Shown piece after piece: positions 44,562 through 54,976 of a DNA stretch of 64,000 bases (positions are counted from its first letter, which is position 1; each line of letters opens with the position of its first letter). The stretch is from Diplonema japonicum (taxonomy: Eukaryota > Protista > Euglenozoa: Diplonemea), in NCBI GenBank assembly GCA_964019335.1, contig OZ025721.1, positions 62,001 to 126,000 of the forward strand, written 5' to 3'. The notes beneath the pieces were generated by a model that did not search any database, was not told the DNA's origin, and worked only from the letters and a program-made list of their open reading frames with translations. Made by a program: the position numbers and the translations under genes.

Positions 44562-46106
44562 ATGCAGACCAAGACGGGCTTGCTTCTGGCGCTAGCGCTG
44601 GCAGGAGGGGCAGCAGCAGCTGCTCCGGCGAGGTGCACGGACCTGCGACTCTCCGGTGGAGGGGTCTGGGTGGACAAGCCGTACGGAACGGGGTGTACCT
44701 GGTACGGTGCTGAGGCGAAGCGCTGCGAGTGGTACGGAAGCCGCTACCGGAACGAGCACACAGCAGGCGAGGCGTGCTGCGTGTGCGGCGGCGGGATGAG
44801 AACGGATGGGCAGCAGACCCCCGTGCCGACGCCACCCCCGCCCCCTCCCCCAACGTCGTCGTCGATGTCGGCGAAGGTGTTGGCGAAGTCGCACCTGGTG
44901 GCCTTCTGGGACTTCGAGACGAAGGGGCCGACGGGGAACTTTGTGGCGCGGTCAAATGTAGACAACGAGGGAGCGGAGGAAGCGGAGGGGCTGTACCCCG
45001 TGTGGCTGCGCAGAGGGCACGACGGAAGCGAGGTGGGGGCACCCGGCTACACGGAGGCGACCTGGCCGTCTTCGCACCCCGTGACGGCGACGAGGGCGGG
45101 CGGGCCGTTCAACGGGAAGGGCCTGAACGTGAAGGGGACGACGCTGTTCGCGACGGTGGAGAGAAAAAGCTTCGACAGGACGCCTCTGGACATCAGCGGA
45201 GCGGACCCGTTCTCGCTGGTGGCGTGGGTGTGGTTCCCGGCTGGCAGCAACCGCCACCACATCGCGGGGATCTGGGACGAGGGGACGTGGGGGAAGTACA
45301 GCGGGCAGAGGCAGTACGCGCTGTTCCGGATCGGGCGCTACGGGCACAGGCTGTTCGGGCACATCAGCGCGACGGGGGCGGCGAGCTACCCGCAGGCGGG
45401 GACCGGCGGAGACCAGTACGCGAGGATCCGGGCCTTGAACGGGGCGCACCTGTCGGAGGGGGAGTGGCACATGCTGGCGATGACGCACGACGGGGCGCAG
45501 GCGCAGAGCTCGCAGGACGGTGTGTCGACCCCGAACTCGTACGAGGAGGGGGAGGAGTGGGTGGAGGAGCGCGTCTACAAGGATGCCTTCAACCCCGTGA
45601 CGAACCCGAAGGAGTTCTCGTGGGGGGTGTTCCACCCCCTGCGCTTCGTCGTGAAGTTCAACGGCTACAACGTCGCGGCGGACCAGGTGAACGAGCACTA
45701 CGTGCGTGTGGACCTGAAGTCCCCTGCCGCGCAGCGCACCATCAGCTACGGGGTGAAGGCCCCCAGCCTGAGCGCCATCGCCTCCCGCAACTACCGAGTG
45801 ACCTACACCTTCAAGCGCGGGGGTGCGGTGGTCCAGGGGGGCAGCGGCTCCTTCGACGTCGCGAACAACGCCGGCTCCGCGAACCTGAGCCCGTCGCTTG
45901 TCGTCGAGGTGGACGACCGCCTGCAGCTGGAGCTGACGCGGAACGGGGCTCGCGTGGGCAGCGTCGTGGAGCACAGGATGGGCCCCGGGGCCGCCTTCTC
46001 CTTTGGGCGCATCCTGGGCGACGGCACAACGATGGTTCTGGGCGGTGTTGCCATGTACAACAGGGTGCTGTCGGAGGCGGAGCTTCAGGACCTGGCCTCC
46101 TTCTAG
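44562..46106 (+). CDS. Secreted LamG-like protein (copy 3)
   Basis: Translation identical to copy 1. Confidence 0.8.
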   Translation: MQTKTGLLLALALAGGAAAAAPARCTDLRLSGGGVWVDKPYGTGCTWYGAEAKRCEWYGSRYRNEHTAGEACCVCGGGMRTDGQQTPVPTPPPPPPPTSSSMSAKVLAKSHLVAFWDFETKGPTGNFVARSNVDNEGAEEAEGLYPVWLRRGHDGSEVGAPGYTEATWPSSHPVTATRAGGPFNGKGLNVKGTTLFATVERKSFDRTPLDISGADPFSLVAWVWFPAGSNRHHIAGIWDEGTWGKYSGQRQYALFRIGRYGHRLFGHISATGAASYPQAGTGGDQYARIRALNGAHLSEGEWHMLAMTHDGAQAQSSQDGVSTPNSYEEGEEWVEERVYKDAFNPVTNPKEFSWGVFHPLRFVVKFNGYNVAADQVNEHYVRVDLKSPAAQRTISYGVKAPSLSAIASRNYRVTYTFKRGGAVVQGGSGSFDVANNAGSANLSPSLVVEVDDRLQLELTRNGARVGSVVEHRMGPGAAFSFGRILGDGTTMVLGGVAMYNRVLSEAELQDLASF

Positions 46107-46605
46107 GAGGGAAGAAGAAAAAAAAAAGAAGAAGAAGAAAGAAAGAAAAGAAAAAAAAAAAAGAAAGAAAGAAAGAAACCCCCATTGACCAAGCAGCAGA
46201 AGGTGTTTTTGTGTTTTTAAATGTATAATGTTTTTTTTTTTTTTTTCTTCTTTTTCTTTTTTTTTTTTTTTCCTTTTCATTTTTCAATTAGCTACCCTCC
46301 CTTGTGGGCGGTATGTAATGGGGCTTACTTCTTTCTTTCGTCTTTTCGCGGTCAAATTCTCTTGTTTTTTTTTTTTTTTTCTTTTGTTTTTGTTTGTTTC
46401 TTTTTGATACGCAAATTTATATCTTGTTTCTCTTGTTTTCTTTTTGCTTTTTTTTCTTCTTTCTCTCTCCCTCTCTCTCTTTCTTTCTTCTTCTTCTTCT
46501 TCTTCTTCTTTCTTCTTCATCGTGTTTAGCGTCACACTTGCCGATCTGTGCAAAAGTGACCCGAATGCAGACACATGAAATAAAAAAAAGAAGAAGAAAA
46601 AGGGG

Positions 46606-46636
<31 letters not shown>

Positions 46637-46974
46637 GTTCTTTTCCCTACAAAAAATTGATACATATTTTTTGTTTTATTTTTTTTTTTTAAAAAAAGAA
46701 AAAAGAAAAAGCGTCACGTTGCTGTTGACCGCTTAAGCACTCTCCGCGCAGATTTACAGGTCTGTCGTATGTTAGTTAGTTAGCAACAACCCTGTTTACT
46801 ATAAGGGGTTTGCTCTCTTTCTCTTCCTCCCTTTTCTAATCTTCCATTGTCTCCACACCTAATAATAATTCCTTGTCTTTTTTTCTGAGATCCTTGTGAT
46901 ATCCACCGAATTTAGACAATTCGAAAAAAAAAAACCCCTCTTGTTTTCTTCTCTCTTCTTCTTTTCTTATTATT

Positions 46975-47005
<31 letters not shown>

Positions 47006-47085
47006 CTTCTTTCTGCAAACCAAACACACACACACACCCCCCCCGACCAGGTTTCCCCCCCCCCATATAAAAGAAGAAGACACCG

Positions 47086-48630
47086 ATGCAGACCAAGACG
47101 GGCTTGCTTCTGGCGCTAGCGCTGGCAGGAGGGGCAGCAGCAGCTGCTCCGGCGAGGTGCACGGACCTGCGACTCTCCGGTGGAGGGGTCTGGGTGGACA
47201 AGCCGTACGGAACGGGGTGTACCTGGTACGGTGCTGAGGCGAAGCGCTGCGAGTGGTACGGAAGCCGCTACCGGAACGAGCACACAGCAGGCGAGGCGTG
47301 CTGCGTGTGCGGCGGCGGGATGAGAACGGATGGGCAGCAGACCCCCGTGCCGACGCCACCCCCGCCCCCTCCCCCAACGTCGTCGTCGATGTCGGCGAAG
47401 GTGTTGGCGAAGTCGCACCTGGTGGCCTTCTGGGACTTCGAGACGAAGGGGCCGACGGGGAACTTTGTGGCGCGGTCAAATGTAGACAACGAGGGAGCGG
47501 AGGAAGCGGAGGGGCTGTACCCCGTGTGGCTGCGCAGAGGGCACGACGGAAGCGAGGTGGGGGCACCCGGCTACACGGAGGCGACCTGGCCGTCTTCGCA
47601 CCCCGTGACGGCGACGAGGGCGGGCGGGCCGTTCAACGGGAAGGGCCTGAACGTGAAGGGGACGACGCTGTTCGCGACGGTGGAGAGAAAAAGCTTCGAC
47701 AGGACGCCTCTGGACATCAGCGGAGCGGACCCGTTCTCGCTGGTGGCGTGGGTGTGGTTCCCGGCTGGCAGCAACCGCCACCACATCGCGGGGATCTGGG
47801 ACGAGGGGACGTGGGGGAAGTACAGCGGGCAGAGGCAGTACGCGCTGTTCCGGATCGGGCGCTACGGGCACAGGCTGTTCGGGCACATCAGCGCGACGGG
47901 GGCGGCGAGCTACCCGCAGGCGGGGACCGGCGGAGACCAGTACGCGAGGATCCGGGCCTTGAACGGGGCGCACCTGTCGGAGGGGGAGTGGCACATGCTG
48001 GCGATGACGCACGACGGGGCGCAGGCGCAGAGCTCGCAGGACGGTGTGTCGACCCCGAACTCGTACGAGGAGGGGGAGGAGTGGGTGGAGGAGCGCGTCT
48101 ACAAGGATGCCTTCAACCCCGTGACGAACCCGAAGGAGTTCTCGTGGGGGGTGTTCCACCCCCTGCGCTTCGTCGTGAAGTTCAACGGCTACAACGTCGC
48201 GGCGGACCAGGTGAACGAGCACTACGTGCGTGTGGACCTGAAGTCCCCTGCCGCGCAGCGCACCATCAGCTACGGGGTGAAGGCCCCCAGCCTGAGCGCC
48301 ATCGCCTCCCGCAACTACCGAGTGACCTACACCTTCAAGCGCGGGGGTGCGGTGGTCCAGGGGGGCAGCGGCTCCTTCGACGTCGCGAACAACGCCGGCT
48401 CCGCGAACCTGAGCCCGTCGCTTGTCGTCGAGGTGGACGACCGCCTGCAGCTGGAGCTGACGCGGAACGGGGCTCGCGTGGGCAGCGTCGTGGAGCACAG
48501 GATGGGCCCCGGGGCCGCCTTCTCCTTTGGGCGCATCCTGGGCGACGGCACAACGATGGTTCTGGGCGGTGTTGCCATGTACAACAGGGTGCTGTCGGAG
48601 GCGGAGCTTCAGGACCTGGCCTCCTTCTAG
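47086..48630 (+). CDS. Secreted LamG-like protein (copy 4)
   Basis: Translation identical to copy 1. Confidence 0.8.
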   Translation: MQTKTGLLLALALAGGAAAAAPARCTDLRLSGGGVWVDKPYGTGCTWYGAEAKRCEWYGSRYRNEHTAGEACCVCGGGMRTDGQQTPVPTPPPPPPPTSSSMSAKVLAKSHLVAFWDFETKGPTGNFVARSNVDNEGAEEAEGLYPVWLRRGHDGSEVGAPGYTEATWPSSHPVTATRAGGPFNGKGLNVKGTTLFATVERKSFDRTPLDISGADPFSLVAWVWFPAGSNRHHIAGIWDEGTWGKYSGQRQYALFRIGRYGHRLFGHISATGAASYPQAGTGGDQYARIRALNGAHLSEGEWHMLAMTHDGAQAQSSQDGVSTPNSYEEGEEWVEERVYKDAFNPVTNPKEFSWGVFHPLRFVVKFNGYNVAADQVNEHYVRVDLKSPAAQRTISYGVKAPSLSAIASRNYRVTYTFKRGGAVVQGGSGSFDVANNAGSANLSPSLVVEVDDRLQLELTRNGARVGSVVEHRMGPGAAFSFGRILGDGTTMVLGGVAMYNRVLSEAELQDLASF

Positions 48631-49129
48631 GAGGGAAGAAGAAAAAAAAAAGAAGAAGAAGAAAGAAAGAAAAGAAAAAAAAAAAAGAAAGAAAGAAAGA
48701 AACCCCCATTGACCAAGCAGCAGAAGGTGTTTTTGTGTTTTTAAATGTATAATGTTTTTTTTTTTTTTTTCTTCTTTTTCTTTTTTTTTTTTTTTCCTTT
48801 TCATTTTTCAATTAGCTACCCTCCCTTGTGGGCGGTATGTAATGGGGCTTACTTCTTTCTTTCGTCTTTTCGCGGTCAAATTCTCTTGTTTTTTTTTTTT
48901 TTTTCTTTTGTTTTTGTTTGTTTCTTTTTGATACGCAAATTTATATCTTGTTTCTCTTGTTTTCTTTTTGCTTTTTTTTCTTCTTTCTCTCTCCCTCTCT
49001 CTCTTTCTTTCTTCTTCTTCTTCTTCTTCTTCTTTCTTCTTCATCGTGTTTAGCGTCACACTTGCCGATCTGTGCAAAAGTGACCCGAATGCAGACACAT
49101 GAAATAAAAAAAAGAAGAAGAAAAAGGGG

Positions 49130-49160
<31 letters not shown>

Positions 49161-49498
49161 GTTCTTTTCCCTACAAAAAATTGATACATATTTTTTGTTT
49201 TATTTTTTTTTTTTAAAAAAAGAAAAAAGAAAAAGCGTCACGTTGCTGTTGACCGCTTAAGCACTCTCCGCGCAGATTTACAGGTCTGTCGTATGTTAGT
49301 TAGTTAGCAACAACCCTGTTTACTATAAGGGGTTTGCTCTCTTTCTCTTCCTCCCTTTTCTAATCTTCCATTGTCTCCACACCTAATAATAATTCCTTGT
49401 CTTTTTTTCTGAGATCCTTGTGATATCCACCGAATTTAGACAATTCGAAAAAAAAAAACCCCTCTTGTTTTCTTCTCTCTTCTTCTTTTCTTATTATT

Positions 49499-49529
<31 letters not shown>

Positions 49530-49609
49530 CTTCTTTCTGCAAACCAAACACACACACACACCCCCCCCGACCAGGTTTCCCCCCCCCCATATAAAAGAAG
49601 AAGACACCG

Positions 49610-51154
49610 ATGCAGACCAAGACGGGCTTGCTTCTGGCGCTAGCGCTGGCAGGAGGGGCAGCAGCAGCTGCTCCGGCGAGGTGCACGGACCTGCGACTCT
49701 CCGGTGGAGGGGTCTGGGTGGACAAGCCGTACGGAACGGGGTGTACCTGGTACGGTGCTGAGGCGAAGCGCTGCGAGTGGTACGGAAGCCGCTACCGGAA
49801 CGAGCACACAGCAGGCGAGGCGTGCTGCGTGTGCGGCGGCGGGATGAGAACGGATGGGCAGCAGACCCCCGTGCCGACGCCACCCCCGCCCCCTCCCCCA
49901 ACGTCGTCGTCGATGTCGGCGAAGGTGTTGGCGAAGTCGCACCTGGTGGCCTTCTGGGACTTCGAGACGAAGGGGCCGACGGGGAACTTTGTGGCGCGGT
50001 CAAATGTAGACAACGAGGGAGCGGAGGAAGCGGAGGGGCTGTACCCCGTGTGGCTGCGCAGAGGGCACGACGGAAGCGAGGTGGGGGCACCCGGCTACAC
50101 GGAGGCGACCTGGCCGTCTTCGCACCCCGTGACGGCGACGAGGGCGGGCGGGCCGTTCAACGGGAAGGGCCTGAACGTGAAGGGGACGACGCTGTTCGCG
50201 ACGGTGGAGAGAAAAAGCTTCGACAGGACGCCTCTGGACATCAGCGGAGCGGACCCGTTCTCGCTGGTGGCGTGGGTGTGGTTCCCGGCTGGCAGCAACC
50301 GCCACCACATCGCGGGGATCTGGGACGAGGGGACGTGGGGGAAGTACAGCGGGCAGAGGCAGTACGCGCTGTTCCGGATCGGGCGCTACGGGCACAGGCT
50401 GTTCGGGCACATCAGCGCGACGGGGGCGGCGAGCTACCCGCAGGCGGGGACCGGCGGAGACCAGTACGCGAGGATCCGGGCCTTGAACGGGGCGCACCTG
50501 TCGGAGGGGGAGTGGCACATGCTGGCGATGACGCACGACGGGGCGCAGGCGCAGAGCTCGCAGGACGGTGTGTCGACCCCGAACTCGTACGAGGAGGGGG
50601 AGGAGTGGGTGGAGGAGCGCGTCTACAAGGATGCCTTCAACCCCGTGACGAACCCGAAGGAGTTCTCGTGGGGGGTGTTCCACCCCCTGCGCTTCGTCGT
50701 GAAGTTCAACGGCTACAACGTCGCGGCGGACCAGGTGAACGAGCACTACGTGCGTGTGGACCTGAAGTCCCCTGCCGCGCAGCGCACCATCAGCTACGGG
50801 GTGAAGGCCCCCAGCCTGAGCGCCATCGCCTCCCGCAACTACCGAGTGACCTACACCTTCAAGCGCGGGGGTGCGGTGGTCCAGGGGGGCAGCGGCTCCT
50901 TCGACGTCGCGAACAACGCCGGCTCCGCGAACCTGAGCCCGTCGCTTGTCGTCGAGGTGGACGACCGCCTGCAGCTGGAGCTGACGCGGAACGGGGCTCG
51001 CGTGGGCAGCGTCGTGGAGCACAGGATGGGCCCCGGGGCCGCCTTCTCCTTTGGGCGCATCCTGGGCGACGGCACAACGATGGTTCTGGGCGGTGTTGCC
51101 ATGTACAACAGGGTGCTGTCGGAGGCGGAGCTTCAGGACCTGGCCTCCTTCTAG
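49610..51154 (+). CDS. Secreted LamG-like protein (copy 5)
   Basis: Translation identical to copy 1. Confidence 0.8.
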   Translation: MQTKTGLLLALALAGGAAAAAPARCTDLRLSGGGVWVDKPYGTGCTWYGAEAKRCEWYGSRYRNEHTAGEACCVCGGGMRTDGQQTPVPTPPPPPPPTSSSMSAKVLAKSHLVAFWDFETKGPTGNFVARSNVDNEGAEEAEGLYPVWLRRGHDGSEVGAPGYTEATWPSSHPVTATRAGGPFNGKGLNVKGTTLFATVERKSFDRTPLDISGADPFSLVAWVWFPAGSNRHHIAGIWDEGTWGKYSGQRQYALFRIGRYGHRLFGHISATGAASYPQAGTGGDQYARIRALNGAHLSEGEWHMLAMTHDGAQAQSSQDGVSTPNSYEEGEEWVEERVYKDAFNPVTNPKEFSWGVFHPLRFVVKFNGYNVAADQVNEHYVRVDLKSPAAQRTISYGVKAPSLSAIASRNYRVTYTFKRGGAVVQGGSGSFDVANNAGSANLSPSLVVEVDDRLQLELTRNGARVGSVVEHRMGPGAAFSFGRILGDGTTMVLGGVAMYNRVLSEAELQDLASF

Positions 51155-51653
51155 GAGGGAAGAAGAAAAAAAAAAGAAGAAGAAGAAAGAAAGAAAAGAA
51201 AAAAAAAAAAGAAAGAAAGAAAGAAACCCCCATTGACCAAGCAGCAGAAGGTGTTTTTGTGTTTTTAAATGTATAATGTTTTTTTTTTTTTTTTCTTCTT
51301 TTTCTTTTTTTTTTTTTTTCCTTTTCATTTTTCAATTAGCTACCCTCCCTTGTGGGCGGTATGTAATGGGGCTTACTTCTTTCTTTCGTCTTTTCGCGGT
51401 CAAATTCTCTTGTTTTTTTTTTTTTTTTCTTTTGTTTTTGTTTGTTTCTTTTTGATACGCAAATTTATATCTTGTTTCTCTTGTTTTCTTTTTGCTTTTT
51501 TTTCTTCTTTCTCTCTCCCTCTCTCTCTTTCTTTCTTCTTCTTCTTCTTCTTCTTCTTTCTTCTTCATCGTGTTTAGCGTCACACTTGCCGATCTGTGCA
51601 AAAGTGACCCGAATGCAGACACATGAAATAAAAAAAAGAAGAAGAAAAAGGGG

Positions 51654-51684
<31 letters not shown>

Positions 51685-52022
51685 GTTCTTTTCCCTACAA
51701 AAAATTGATACATATTTTTTGTTTTATTTTTTTTTTTTAAAAAAAGAAAAAAGAAAAAGCGTCACGTTGCTGTTGACCGCTTAAGCACTCTCCGCGCAGA
51801 TTTACAGGTCTGTCGTATGTTAGTTAGTTAGCAACAACCCTGTTTACTATAAGGGGTTTGCTCTCTTTCTCTTCCTCCCTTTTCTAATCTTCCATTGTCT
51901 CCACACCTAATAATAATTCCTTGTCTTTTTTTCTGAGATCCTTGTGATATCCACCGAATTTAGACAATTCGAAAAAAAAAAACCCCTCTTGTTTTCTTCT
52001 CTCTTCTTCTTTTCTTATTATT

Positions 52023-52053
<31 letters not shown>

Positions 52054-52133
52054 CTTCTTTCTGCAAACCAAACACACACACACACCCCCCCCGACCAGGT
52101 TTCCCCCCCCCCATATAAAAGAAGAAGACACCG

Positions 52134-53015
52134 ATGCAGACCAAGACGGGCTTGCTTCTGGCGCTAGCGCTGGCAGGAGGGGCAGCAGCAGCTGCTCCGG
52201 CGAGGTGCACGGACCTGCGACTCTCCGGTGGAGGGGTCTGGGTGGACAAGCCGTACGGAACGGGGTGTACCTGGTACGGTGCTGAGGCGAAGCGCTGCGA
52301 GTGGTACGGAAGCCGCTACCGGAACGAGCACACAGCAGGCGAGGCGTGCTGCGTGTGCGGCGGCGGGATGAGAACGGATGGGCAGCAGACCCCCGTGCCG
52401 ACGCCACCCCCGCCCCCTCCCCCAACGTCGTCGTCGATGTCGGCGAAGGTGTTGGCGAAGTCGCACCTGGTGGCCTTCTGGGACTTCGAGACGAAGGGGC
52501 CGACGGGGAACTTTGTGGCGCGGTCAAATGTAGACAACGAGGGAGCGGAGGAAGCGGAGGGGCTGTACCCCGTGTGGCTGCGCAGAGGGCACGACGGAAG
52601 CGAGGTGGGGGCACCCGGCTACACGGAGGCGACCTGGCCGTCTTCGCACCCCGTGACGGCGACGAGGGCGGGCGGGCCGTTCAACGGGAAGGGCCTGAAC
52701 GTGAAGGGGACGACGCTGTTCGCGACGGTGGAGAGAAAAAGCTTCGACAGGACGCCTCTGGACATCAGCGGAGCGGACCCGTTCTCGCTGGTGGCGTGGG
52801 TGTGGTTCCCGGCTGGCAGCAACCGCCACCACATCGCGGGGATCTGGGACGAGGGGACGTGGGGGAAGTACAGCGGGCAGAGGCAGTACGCGCTGTTCCG
52901 GATCGGGCGCTACGGGCACAGGCTGTTCGGGCACATCAGCGCGACGGGGGCGGCGAGCTACCCGCAGGCGGGGACCATCGGGAACCAGAAAATAAATAAA
53001 ATTACGTATTCATGA
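52134..53015 (+). pseudogene. Truncated sixth copy of the LamG-like gene
   Basis: Identity ends at ...YPQAGT (52976) and the frame runs into unrelated AT-rich sequence. Confidence 0.9.
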
Positions 53016-53676
53016 ATTAAAGTGGACTATTTTCACGAGCGAAGCGAGGGAAAATCACCCCCTCGGGACAGATTATCAGCCGCGGGAAATAAAGTCCACT
53101 TTATTTTTCATAAATCAATAGTTATTACAGCAAAAAATTCGAGTGTGCGGGAGATAGAGGCCCTTTTTGTTGACTCGCCTTCTGGGACCTTTAGTCGGGG
53201 GTCGTCTTGCAACTGCTAGTTGTAATTCCTCTTCACAACCGTGTTTATCTGCCTTGATTGAAATAGAGAAGAATCCTCTTCTTTCGGACAGGCCCTTCTT
53301 TTCCTTCTTATAACACAAAAGCGTGCTTACTCCTTTTCGTATGGCTCTTGGAAGGGGGCTGCGTCCGCCTCTTGTGCAAGCGTTAAATTATGAGGCCCCT
53401 AGAATGAAGAAAATAACGAGTGAAATAAAGTAATGGAGATAGGCCGCCGTGCATCGGGGTGAAAATAAAAAGGTTTACATGTCAACTTCCAAAAGACAAA
53501 GGCAAGGTACTTTACTTTGCCGAAGGAAGGGGATTGAGAGCAAGGGGAAGGGTTTCTGATGAGGAAAAGTGTGGTGCGGTGGTTGATGATGTGGGAATGT
53601 AAGTTGGAAACAAACAACCCCAGAAACCAGGGGTTTACCACCGGCCCTTTCAGGTATTTGCCACACAAACCAAATA

Positions 53677-54910
53677 AATAATAATAATAATAATAATAAT
53701 AATATCTGTTCCACTGCCGGGTCGGGAGCATCAGAGAAGGTTTGAAAAGGATAAAAGGAAAATGGGGAAAGGAAGAAAAAATCAACAAAGCTGAGTTGAA
53801 AAGCAGAGCTCGAGAAATCAAAAATCAAAGTGAAGGTATCATGAGCCTTTCGCCCAAGAAGAGAACAAACAGCACCATAGGTAGGGGGGGTTTAGCACTC
53901 CCTCCTTCTGGTCTTTTTTTTTTTCTTTAAAAAAAAAAGCTTCTGTGTGGCCAATTACCAACAGAGAGGAGCGGTGAGTACTGGGACACTGTCCTTCAAG
54001 ATCCTTTTATCATTTCTTTTTTCTCTCCCTCTTCATTCCCTCCCACCCTTATTAACATTACCCCTTTCCTTATTGTTTCACCCCTTTTTATTGAACGCCG
54101 AAGGCCCACCCAGTCTGGTTCTCGCCCCCTAATAAATTCCTTTGACTGGGCGTCCTTGGCCAACTCCGCACATTCCCCGCCAACAGCGCATCCTCCTCAA
54201 AAGGTAGGATCGTCTTAAGGATTTCGGGGCGACCATTGCTTAAACCAGCACGAGATCGTCCCCTTGCTGGATTTGTTGGGTCGGTGGGGCGCTAGATAAT
54301 TAAAACATAAAATGAAAAGAAAAGGGGAAGAGAGAGGAATAGCAACAGAAAAGACCTGGCAGCAGAACAGGAGACATCGGGTGAGGTTTTGGGGGAAACT
54401 AAAAAGGGGGGGAAAGATGACTCTACTCTTCTAAGTTGCCCATGTCGAGGGCCCCGGTCGTCGTCGTCGTCGTCGGCGCTGGCGTCAGGCAACCAGCGCG
54501 ATGGAGCGGCAGGGCCAACTCGTGAGAGGAAGGAAGGGGTTGGGAGAGGGATAGTTGATGTAGAGGGCCGGTCGGGACCCGGATCAGCACGAAAAACGCC
54601 CCCCCGGCTCCGCTCCACTCGAGAGATGCCTTCGCTCAGAACGAATCTGTTGGTCTTACCCCCGCTACCGGTGCCCCGATAGCGGCTTGTGCCAAACAGA
54701 CCGTCTTCGCTCCAGCCACCCCCCTCGTTTTGCTCGGCCAGGAGTCCAGCGTCCCCACACGACTCACCCCACACAACAAGAGGGAAGCTGCCTCTTGGCC
54801 GTGCACCTTGCGTGCACGTTGCCCAGGGCCACCACAGGGAGGTGAGCAGCCACCACACACACTCGGGTCGGGCTTACATTTTCATGTGTGTGTGTGTATT
54901 CGACCCCTTA
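53677..54910 (-). mobile_element. ~1.23-kb non-autonomous retroposon with 5' HDV-like ribozyme, (TTA)n tail and 10-bp TSD
   Basis: AAACCAAATA is duplicated at 53667-53676 and 54911-54920. The 3' end on the minus strand is CCCGGCAGTGGAACAGA(TAT)n. Confidence 0.85.
54787..54907 (-). ncRNA. HDV-like self-cleaving ribozyme
   Basis: Minus strand: P1 GGGGUC/GGCCCU, P2 GCUGCU/GGCAGC, P3 ACC-UCCCUGU-GGU, then GGGCAAC, P4 GUGCAC/GUGCAC and J4/2 GG-C-CAA. Confidence 0.85.
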
Positions 54911-54976
54911 AAACCAAATAGAACTTTCCAATGGATTCTAATCCGAAGCAACCAAAGTCGTTCTTCTTCTTTATAT

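Larger units (their letters stand above)
39514..52976 (+). repeat. Tandem gene array, 2524-bp unit, 5 full copies plus a truncated sixth
   Basis: ORF starts at 39514, 42038, 44562, 47086, 49610 and 52134, with identical six-frame translations in each unit. Confidence 0.98.

Noticed and set aside
1503-52285. Numerous poly-Phe/poly-Lys ORFs and N-terminal extensions in the ORF track
   Set aside because: They are translations of poly-T/poly-A spacers. True starts are the ATGs after the A-rich leaders.
39514-52976. CRISPR array, rDNA or SL RNA array
   Set aside because: The units are identical 2.5-kb protein-coding repeats with no spacers and no recognisable rRNA or SL sequence.
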